A stretch of DNA of 63,771 bases from Schmidtea polychroa (lineage: Eukaryota). The position numbers and the translations under genes are program-made. Shown here piece after piece: positions 18,993 through 27,635 of this stretch (its first letter is position 1; each line of letters opens with the position of its first letter). Location of the stretch: the NCBI GenBank assembly GCA_044892525.1, contig CM097886.1, positions 177,680,312-177,744,082 of the forward strand. Direction: 5' to 3'. The notes beneath the pieces are model-generated. The model saw nothing but the letters and a program-made list of their open reading frames with translations. It did not search any database and was not told where the DNA came from.

Positions 18993-20381
18993 ATGGATAA
19001 ACGACAAAGAGAAGAGTTCAGAGAGATTGTCGAGCAAGTCCGAAAATCTACAACGATCAGAATACACAAACATGTTATGTGCGGAATATGTGAAAAGTTG
19101 TTAAAGGAACCTCACCAAACGCAATGTGGATGCAGAGTATGTAAAGAATGTATCAGTGAAGCAATAAAGAATAGACCACAGAAGTGCCCGGTGTGTAAAG
19201 AGACACTAATATCGAGTTTAGAAGACACTAACGAGGATAAAGCCGCAGTGAAAGACGTGTTAAACACCAACCTGGGATGCAAAAATGCCCCATGCGAATG
19301 GAAAGGAGTAATATGGAAGGTAGTACAACATATGGGAGAATGTATGTACCGAATTGGCCAGTGTGAAAGGTGCCATAAAACCATTCGAGCAAGCGAAGAA
19401 AAAGAGCATCAAAGGCAGTGTGAAGAGAGATTGGAAAGATGTGAACACTGTGGAGAAATAGATACGTGGATAAATCTCACCCTCAAACATCACAATGTCC
19501 AAGAGGAGAGAGTATGTGCGGAGTTCAGTGGGGAATGCCCAAACGGATGTAACCAAGGGGAAATAATGAAGGTGGCACAGCATCTAAGGGAATGCGAAAA
19601 GAAAAGAATGACATGTGTACTAGGTAGATGGGGTTGTCAGAAATTACTACACCGAGGTGAGTTACCACATCATTTAGTAGAAAATGCTTCAACTCACGCA
19701 GAAATGTGGTCGACTGCGTTACAAGAAAGCGAAGAGAAAGTAAAACAAATGGAGATAGAGATAACATCGTTGAAAGTGTTAGTCAAAGAACTACTAGAAG
19801 AAAGGGAAGCGTTCGAAGAAGCCCGAGCAAACATAAAGATGCAAATAAACCGAACAGAAATTAGTAATAATCAGGCCAAGGAGCTACATCAGAAAATACG
19901 GGAAATAAATCTAAATGAGATAACCCCAACAGCACCCTACATATGGAAAATAACGGGAGTAAAAGAAAGAATACGAAAAGCAAAAACCGGAGAAGAGACA
20001 AGAATAACAAGTCCTACATTCCATTCTTGGAAAAATGGGTACAAAATGAAAATGAAGATATATCCCAACGGGGACGGAACCGGATTAGATACGCACTTTT
20101 CGATTTTCTTTCTGTTATGTAAAGGAGAATACGACGAAATATTAGAATGGCCGTTCCAGGCAAAAATCGATATTACTCTGATGAACAACCGAAGTATACA
20201 TGAGCAAAGCTTCAAAACAACGGGGAATCAAATAGCTTACCAGAGGCCCCTCAACGAAGAAGGATCAGCAACAGGAGCACCTACGTTCATCTCACAACAA
20301 AGAGTAGAAGATATGGCGAGAAATGATACCATATATATCAAGATGACCGTGAGGAAAGAGGAGAAGGGTAGAACGGAGTAA
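18993..20381 (+). CDS. TRAF-family protein (RING - zinc fingers - coiled coil - MATH), intronless
   Basis: RING CGIC..LLKEP.QTQCGCRVCKEC..CPVC; TRAF zinc fingers; MATH YIWKI..SPTF..GYKM..YPNGDG.G..TH.S.F..L.KGEYD.IL.WPF. Confidence 0.95.
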   Translation: MDKRQREEFREIVEQVRKSTTIRIHKHVMCGICEKLLKEPHQTQCGCRVCKECISEAIKNRPQKCPVCKETLISSLEDTNEDKAAVKDVLNTNLGCKNAPCEWKGVIWKVVQHMGECMYRIGQCERCHKTIRASEEKEHQRQCEERLERCEHCGEIDTWINLTLKHHNVQEERVCAEFSGECPNGCNQGEIMKVAQHLRECEKKRMTCVLGRWGCQKLLHRGELPHHLVENASTHAEMWSTALQESEEKVKQMEIEITSLKVLVKELLEEREAFEEARANIKMQINRTEISNNQAKELHQKIREINLNEITPTAPYIWKITGVKERIRKAKTGEETRITSPTFHSWKNGYKMKMKIYPNGDGTGLDTHFSIFFLLCKGEYDEILEWPFQAKIDITLMNNRSIHEQSFKTTGNQIAYQRPLNEEGSATGAPTFISQQRVEDMARNDTIYIKMTVRKEEKGRTE

Positions 20382-20574
20382 CCAATCGAATAATGTTGTA
20401 TATAATAATCTGTATATATCGGTGTATATAACCAATAAAATATTATATAATAATAGTATGAAAACCATAAATACGAAAACCCAAAAATGATGCGAAAATT
20501 TCCCAAGAAACAGTAAATAATGAATAAATTCCTTTTTCATAATAAAAAGATTAATCGATGTCTATGATTTAGAG

Positions 20575-21630
20575 ATGACACAAGAGAAAATAACCGAAAC
20601 TGCGATAGCCCCAACCAATGTCAACAAGACACAAATTCCCCGAGAACATAACAAAAAATGGAACAAAGTAATGTTCCAACTAACTAATCTCACCCGAAAT
20701 CACATCGAAGAAACTAGAGAAGATGAGAATAGTCAATACCAATGGTTAATACACAACTTAAGAGCGGAAGCAGAAGCATGCAAAAGAGCATCAAAATGGG
20801 CGTCACTAGAAAATACCCGCCAAGAAGCACACAGCCACTACTTAAAGCAGCTAGTGCAGGAAGCGAGAAAGAGACTTACCGATGAGAACACCAAGCGCGA
20901 AGCGGAAAAACAAATAGAAGACAGGAAAATGATGCACTTAGTGGCAGAAGCGAGGAAATGGAAAAGACAAAACAGAGAAATGAAAAAAGAGATGAAAGAA
21001 TTGCCCATGAGACTCGGATATGAAAGCGAACAAGGTAAATGGGAGGAGAATTTAATAATAAAGGAAGAATTGAAAAGGTTGAGAAAGGTCGCCGCCCGAA
21101 GCCAAACCTGGCAAACAAAGGCTATGGAGTTTGAGCGACATTTGGCAATGAAGTGCGACATAAGAGAGCACGAGAATGCCGCAATGGAAGAGATGATAAC
21201 CCAACAAGCGGGACGGGTTGTGGAATTAGTAAATCAGGTAGAAGAGATGAAAAGAGACCTTAATGGATTACAAGGATCGCTGGAACAAAGAAACATGGTC
21301 CTAGCGGGAAAAAACAGAAAATTAGAAAACGAAAGGAAAATGTACACCGAAAATATTAAAAACTTAGAAATAGAAATTGAAAAATGGAAGGGCGACGAGA
21401 AAATCAAGGCCCTAGACAAACAGATAGAGGCGCAAGATGAAGAGACAAGGTATCTCACCTATCTGCTCGACGAGGAATTGAATATCACTCGAGCTCTAAG
21501 AGACGAAGTTAGTGAATTGAGAGCTCAAATTCCCCAATATTACCTACCATACGACCCTATTGCGATACAGTTACATTCCGCGGTCGATAGTGATGAAGGT
21601 TATGTAGGCCAGGAGGAAACCTTCGTATGA
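20575..21630 (+). CDS. 351-aa long coiled-coil accessory protein
   Basis: E/K/R-rich heptad pattern; TTTAG|agATG upstream. Confidence 0.75.
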   Translation: MTQEKITETAIAPTNVNKTQIPREHNKKWNKVMFQLTNLTRNHIEETREDENSQYQWLIHNLRAEAEACKRASKWASLENTRQEAHSHYLKQLVQEARKRLTDENTKREAEKQIEDRKMMHLVAEARKWKRQNREMKKEMKELPMRLGYESEQGKWEENLIIKEELKRLRKVAARSQTWQTKAMEFERHLAMKCDIREHENAAMEEMITQQAGRVVELVNQVEEMKRDLNGLQGSLEQRNMVLAGKNRKLENERKMYTENIKNLEIEIEKWKGDEKIKALDKQIEAQDEETRYLTYLLDEELNITRALRDEVSELRAQIPQYYLPYDPIAIQLHSAVDSDEGYVGQEETFV

Positions 21631-21798
21631 GGGTGGATGAAAAAATGAAAAACTAAAAACCGGGACGTATATCCCAAACAAAAAAATTAAAGTATTGTAA
21701 AAGTATTCAAGGGACTGTAACCCAAACTATTAAATTTTATATCAATGTATACGTATAAGTCGCACTATAGCGCACCATTAACTGTACATATTATAGAT

Positions 21799-22497
21799 AT
21801 GAAAATCGAGGAAATGATAGAAATTATGAGCGACGTAGAAGAGGGAGAGATTGAGGCAGAAACAACAGAAACACAAACGCTAAAGGCCGAGTTACGGGAA
21901 GAGAAATACGAAAACGGGAGATTAATAAACAAATACCTGGAGGACCGGAAAATGATAAAGGTGTTAAAGAAAGAGTGCGAAGCGTTGGGGGAAATAAAAA
22001 GAGAAACGGAAGAGGAAAATGAATGGCTACACGAACAAAGGAAGCGAGGGAAAAACTGGGAAAAGATAGCGGAAGAGCTATGGAAAGAGAGGGCAAGCTT
22101 CAAAGCAAAGGAGGTAATCCAAGACTACTGGAAAACTGAGGCGAAGGAGCGCCAAACAGCTATAAATAAATTAAAACGACAACTAGAAGAAAACCAACGG
22201 GAAAGTAAAGAAATGAGGAAGTGGGTCCGCAAATATAGAGAAATAGAAAGAAAACATCAACAACAAAATTACCTGCAAGAAAACGAACAAGATCTCCTAC
22301 AAATCGAGCTAAAAAGAAACCTTGAAAAGAAAAGGGAAGAAATTAGACGCTTGGAAAAAGAAATTAGACATCTAAAGAGAGAAGCCCGTGAAAAAGACCG
22401 ACAATTGGAAATGCTGCCCGAGTTAAGACACAGGGTAATTAAAGCAGAGTCCACCTTGATGAGAATCGGTGAAAATAATCCAAATCAGAACCATTAA
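21799..22497 (+). CDS. ~232-aa coiled-coil accessory protein (likely start 21799, not 21745)
   Basis: The charged helical sequence starts at MKIEEM, preceded by TTATAG|at; the 18 upstream codons look like AT-rich spacer. Confidence 0.7.
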   Translation: MKIEEMIEIMSDVEEGEIEAETTETQTLKAELREEKYENGRLINKYLEDRKMIKVLKKECEALGEIKRETEEENEWLHEQRKRGKNWEKIAEELWKERASFKAKEVIQDYWKTEAKERQTAINKLKRQLEENQRESKEMRKWVRKYREIERKHQQQNYLQENEQDLLQIELKRNLEKKREEIRRLEKEIRHLKREAREKDRQLEMLPELRHRVIKAESTLMRIGENNPNQNH

Positions 22498-22552
22498 ATT
22501 AAGGGTCATTAAAACCAATTGTAAATAAACATAATGAATGTATAATAGTATC

Positions 22553-23206
22553 ATGCGAGGCGAGATGATGATAACAATGATGGTATTGATGATTCTGATG
22601 GAGAACAAACAATTAAACGCCCAACCGAAAATCGTACGAGATTACCGCAATCAAAATCAAGAACCTAAACAAGAATCCGGCAAATGCACATACCCTATGA
22701 CCGTAAAAACCCATATCATCCAAACCATTCAATCAACCCGATCCCACATCAACAACATCCAAACAATGTGTAAAAAGAACCCCATTTGTAAAATGATAAA
22801 CAAACAAATCTTCGAACAAAGCCAACAGATCGACCAGTTGGAACAACAAATGCAACAAGAGGATTTTGAAAATCTTGTAGAAAAGCCAAAAACACCTCCC
22901 GAGATCAATGACACCCATTATCTCATATATGTGGTGATCGCAGAGACCCTCCTCCTATGTCTACCAATATTCATGAAAATTTACGAAATTCGAAATAGAT
23001 GTAGAGTCTCGACATCAATAAGAGTAACCTCGAACCAAAATCCTCAAGAAGTGCCCCTGACAAATCTTAACCCAACCCCATTCCGACCTCGAACCCCGAG
23101 TAATCAACCAATCCAGCCGAAATCTAATAGTCAGACCTATCTCAACATCAATACCCAAACCAACCAACAGCCGCCAGCAGAAGCATCAATGGTTAACAGT
23201 TCATAA
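22553..23206 (+). CDS. ~217-aa type-I membrane protein (signal, small Cys/helical ectodomain, TM, P/N/Q-rich tail)
   Basis: Signal MMITMMVLMILM..NA|Q; TM YLIYVVIAETLLLCLPIFM; ATAATAG|tatcATG at 22553; AATAAA at 23313. Confidence 0.7.
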   Translation: MRGEMMITMMVLMILMENKQLNAQPKIVRDYRNQNQEPKQESGKCTYPMTVKTHIIQTIQSTRSHINNIQTMCKKNPICKMINKQIFEQSQQIDQLEQQMQQEDFENLVEKPKTPPEINDTHYLIYVVIAETLLLCLPIFMKIYEIRNRCRVSTSIRVTSNQNPQEVPLTNLNPTPFRPRTPSNQPIQPKSNSQTYLNINTQTNQQPPAEASMVNSS

Positions 23207-23768
23207 ACTCTAACTCAAACATTTGTGTTATTATATGTGGAAACTTTTATTGTATGTACAAACTATCACCTTAAGTGATACTTGCTTGATCTTGCTTTGA
23301 CCTAGATCTTACAATAAAAATTTTATCATTGTTGTATAATTTTCGTGTTCGTGTTATATTTTTTTTTGAATGAATGAATTAAGTTAATTATGCAATTGCG
23401 GGACGCAATTTTGATGGGTCCCCGAGTGATTTGTTGGGCTGAGTCGAAAATTTAATCGTTGAAAAATAGGAAAGTAGGGAAGTAGAACATTAAGAAAAAT
23501 AATAATAAAATAAATAAAATCAGAAATAAAATAGAATAAGATATAAGGAAAATAATAATTAAGACATAAGAATTAAAACAAAAAATAAAATTAAGAAAAG
23601 ATTAAAATAGAACAAGTTGACAAATAAATAAAGAGGAATTCAAGAAATAATAAGGAAATTAAGGAAATAAATAGAAAAACATATTAAAAATAAAGAAAAT
23701 AAGGAAAAAACAACCTAAAAACAAGAAAATTATATTAAATTAATAGAAATAAGCGGTACTCAACTCTG

Positions 23769-23856
23769 ATTGGTCCGCACAAATAAGAATTTGATATATA
23801 TACAACTACCAAAAACATTAAATTTACTGTTAACCCCGAGCATTTCATAGGTAAGA
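23769..23856 (+). promoter_or_regulatory. Candidate Pol II promoter and first splice donor (also +26212)
   Basis: ATTGG (reverse CCAAT) at 23769, TATATATA at 23795-23802, then AG|GTAAGA at 23850/23851, downstream of a ~300-bp A-rich tract. Confidence 0.45.
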
Positions 23857-26006
23857 AAAATGTTTACTGTTACTGTTAACCCCGAGCATTTCATAGGATC
23901 GACACTACTAGCCAAGCAACCGTCATTCAGAAAACTCCACGACTATTCAAAACCAGTTCAGAGACCGAAATACCATTCATCACAATCATCGACATCCAAC
24001 GGACCACCATTAGAACTATTTTGGAACGAACAACATTGAATTTTGACTCAGCCTAACAATAGTAAGGGGTATTTCATTTGTTTATAGATTTATTTAAGTA
24101 TTTGCAAAGCTAATAGTAATGTTAAATATTAACGATTAAATATTTTAGTTAACTCTCTTCATTTGATTCTCCATTTTAATAACTTTAACGTATTGATGGA
24201 ATTTGTATTATTTAAGTATTTCAGAATTAATAAAATATTTTTATCCAGATGTCCGTATTTTATTTGAATTAAAGATTTTATAAATTTTCATTTAACGAGT
24301 AACGTGGAGTTGAGATACTCCATGTCATGGTATGAGGTGCCTTCGGGAGCTCAGCCGGTGGACATGGAGTATTTCAATCACGCAGCTAGATTGGGCCGAA
24401 ATGTGAAGGCTTCTTCACGGGTCCTATCGCTGAAGATGCGACTAAATTATCACAAGGGGTCATGGTTAAAAGAATCGCTGGCAGACAATGATTTTCACAG
24501 AGATAGTCGTACGAATGAAGGGATTTTCAAGGATTTACACAGTGACTGAGGGCGTCGCATTCCTTTTTCTTTCGTCAAGTCGTTTTCGTAAATCTTACCC
24601 CTATTGAAAAATGAGATCCAGACAACGATTTAGTGAACTTCGTCAAAAATAACGACATCTCATAGTACGCTTCATCTGGAAACATGGTTTCATCAAGTTA
24701 ATTGCGACAACGTCTATTTGCCGGACTCAGTAGAACTAATTTCGTATGAAATTCCGTTATCATAGACCCAATGTCATCTAGCCTGTCCAGATTGTATGTC
24801 AGGTTACGAAAGTATCCTAAAAACTTTAACTAACTCGAACCTGAAAAATGCGAGATTCTACGAAAACCTCTCTAATATTATAATCAGAAAGTTTTTATAG
24901 ACTTAGCTATTTAAAAATTATAAACGGTAAAATATCACCAAATTTAATTAATAACATTTATTTCTACAATAAGAGCCAGGTCTTCACTGTATACATCCAA
25001 ATTATTGAACCTGAGAGAAAATTTCGAATGGCTAAGGGCAGGTTTCATCGAGACGGCATTACATCTGAATAGGAAAATCCGAGTAGAATGACGAGAGTAG
25101 TAATATGCTTCAGTATTTGGTAGCATTATTCCCTCGACGATCACTGAAAAGATCCAATAAATTTCCAAACGATGGTGATCATTCACACAAGTTGATAAGG
25201 GTAAAATTCCGCGATGAGAACTGACGGCAGCATAAATCATGATTCAAATAAATCACTGTGCAGAGAAAATCATATGACAGCAGGATCGATGAAATCACCG
25301 TGAAAATGGCATACACCAAGTGAGTGAGATAAGATAGTAGCCATACACGAATCTATGTGGTGAGAGCACAGAATATCAGACTAGCATACATAATAGTCGC
25401 GACACGTGACATTCACAATAGGTCGATAATGTAATCAACTAGTCGACAGTAGTATCCGTAAATTTGGACATGTGTTATGACCGATGAGATATCCCATTAG
25501 GGTGTTCAAGTAATGGCTGATGTAAACTCATCACATATTCTCAGACAAATGGTAGACAATATAGATAATCACATTCACTACCGAATTAAAAGTGCACTTC
25601 CAATAACAAATTTCGAATCAAAAAATATGTTGAGAATAGCGATAGTAATTTGTTTTTAATAAATTTAAATAGATAATTTATAGCAAGGTGTAGTCGCATA
25701 CTATAATGTCCCTCTACTAAAGCATTATTATATTGTTTCACCAATATTATATTTACCCCCTATTAATTATTACGCCCCTCATGTATACGGTTAGATCAAT
25801 AGAGAGTCAAAGTTAATAGCATGCGTCAAACCGATGGCCTTTGGTTAAATAAATTGTTTCAACAAATAAGATCCGTGGTAAAACCGGATTGTAGAATAAG
25901 TTTTCCTTCTTTTCGTCGGTCAAGCATCCACGAATGGCCGTAGGTCGTATCTAATTTATTCTAAAATCGTACGTTCTACGTTTCATTAGTATTATTTATA
26001 GCAAGC

Positions 26007-26759
26007 ATGCTACCAACCACTAAATCAGCATTACGGCCGTGCTTCTCGTGCGCGGATAAAAATACGGTGATAAAGGACCTACAAACTCAGATTGGACGTT
26101 ACAAGAGGAAGATAGACGAGCTGGAGGGGACATGGTTTAGTCCCGCTCGGATGAAAGAGATCCAAAAGAAGCTCGATCGTAGCGAGCATTGCCGGGACGC
26201 GCTAATATCTGAAAGCCGTGCCCAAAGAAGTCTAATCAGAGAACAATCCGAGGCACTGCATAAGGTTTACGTGCAGGCGGCTACAACCCGAAAAATAGTG
26301 CAGATTCCCATCCGAGAGGCCGATGACATCTTTCCGCCTCATCACAACCTTTCCTCGAATCCATCTCCACCGTTCAAGAGACCGTGCCGAGACTGCGTCG
26401 AAACCGAATTGTCCCCCAAGCGACCAGATGTTGTCATCACGGGCACCAGTAAGCCCCCCACTGCTAGTCCATCCGTATCAGTCACCCTTCTGCAAGTGGC
26501 ATCTTCAAGCAAACCCAAGCGAAAACAACTCTCTCGTGCAGAGCGCAAGAAGAGACAGCGCGAGCGCGCTACTACAAAGCCAAACATCCCAGCAATGGAG
26601 GACTCAACCAACGGTGGCAACTCTCACGTGTCCATCGACCTAACAACGGGACCCTCGGCACGAATCATATCAGCCGCTGGCGTAATGTGGGAAGAGAACG
26701 CTTCCGAGTTTTTCAACCTCGACGAATTATTCGCCGACGCTGAATGGGAGAAACAATAA
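26007..26759 (+). CDS. 250-aa protein, probably within the LTR: CxxC + coiled coil, basic NLS-like tract, acidic/aromatic C-terminus
   Basis: CFSC; KPKRKQLSRAERKKRQRER; EFFNLDELFADAEWEKQ; TTTATAG|caagcATG upstream. Confidence 0.7.
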   Translation: MLPTTKSALRPCFSCADKNTVIKDLQTQIGRYKRKIDELEGTWFSPARMKEIQKKLDRSEHCRDALISESRAQRSLIREQSEALHKVYVQAATTRKIVQIPIREADDIFPPHHNLSSNPSPPFKRPCRDCVETELSPKRPDVVITGTSKPPTASPSVSVTLLQVASSSKPKRKQLSRAERKKRQRERATTKPNIPAMEDSTNGGNSHVSIDLTTGPSARIISAAGVMWEENASEFFNLDELFADAEWEKQ

Positions 26760-27300
26760 AATCCCAGTGGCGGTCAGGATGAGGAACAAGGATCCGATCT
26801 ATGTTGATTACGATGTTTTCTCTTCTTTCGATAAACGTTAGTAAAGTGTACAGCTGAATCCTTGTGTCATAACCTTGAAATTAATAAATCTTGTTGTCTT
26901 ACACGTCTTCGTTCATGAATAATTAGACTTTAATTAAGTGGGTCGAGTAGAGAACCCGCAAGATCTAGTGAGAAATTCCCAATTTGCATTCAGCGAATCC
27001 CGATAAGCGGTTGTGTAAGGAAATGGACGTAAGCCCTTCTATCGGCAGTCGTGAATGGGAAGTCGAGGCCTCAGCAAGGAGTAGTTTTAAGGCAGAAGCT
27101 CACCTGCTTGCTGGCGTCTCGCCTGCATAGTGCAGTACCAACGTGAAGTGATTCACGGGCACTATGTTGGAAGAAAGTTATGTGGGGTTTCACTCCAGGT
27201 TGACAAATCGGTGGCACCTTTTATTCGAGATGGACAATCAACCCTTAGACCCGTCAACATGGTAGAGTGGTCAGCCGAGGTGTAACCCCAACATGATTTT

Positions 27301-27318
27301 TGGGGGCTCAGCCGGGAT
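27301..27318 (+). promoter_or_regulatory. Primer-binding site, tRNA-Pro type (copy 2)
   Basis: Identical to 1089-1106. Confidence 0.8.
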
Positions 27319-27635
27319 CTACAGTCGATTGAAATTTCTATTAACGAATGCGAAATTCACCGGGATTTTCATAAAAAATTAAAGGGATTTATCACATCGA
27401 TTTTCTGTTTTCGACCGACCATTGCTTGACGAATGCAAATTGACTATTGATTATTAAATTATATCAGGAACCAAGTAGAGAAAATCAAAATGTAGATAAT
27501 AGAAAAATTAAGGATATATATAAATAAAGGAGATAAAGTAGTCAAGTTAAATAATTAACAATGGTTAAAGAAACCAATTAACGAATTAACTATTAATTTA
27601 CTACATATTATTAAAACATTACTTTTCCAACAGCT

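Larger units (their letters stand above)
23432..27293 (+). repeat. LTR copy 2, shared between units (3' end firm, 5' start tentative, ~3.86 kb)
   Basis: The 3' end CCCAACA is a perfect 7-bp inverted match to TGTTGGG at 23432. No clear polypurine tract precedes it and the left genomic junction is outside the window, so the start is inferred. Confidence 0.5.

Noticed and set aside
4356-23000. Dozens of 60-150-aa minus-strand ORFs rich in F/L/S/I
   Set aside because: Expected shadow of the strongly A/G-rich sense strand; no motifs, and they overlap well-supported plus-strand genes.
22980-23206. TRAF-binding motif in the tail of the small membrane protein
   Set aside because: No PxQxT, (P/S/A/T)x(Q/E)E or PxExx(aromatic/acidic) match found by eye.
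24304-24549. 81-aa plus-strand ORF
   Set aside because: Non-ATG start, no motif, and it overlaps the RNA hairpin that better explains the local composition.
25689-25700. TGTAGT as the LTR start
   Set aside because: Common Gypsy LTR start, but it does not mirror the observed CCCAACA end and has no PPT; 23432 matches 7 bp.
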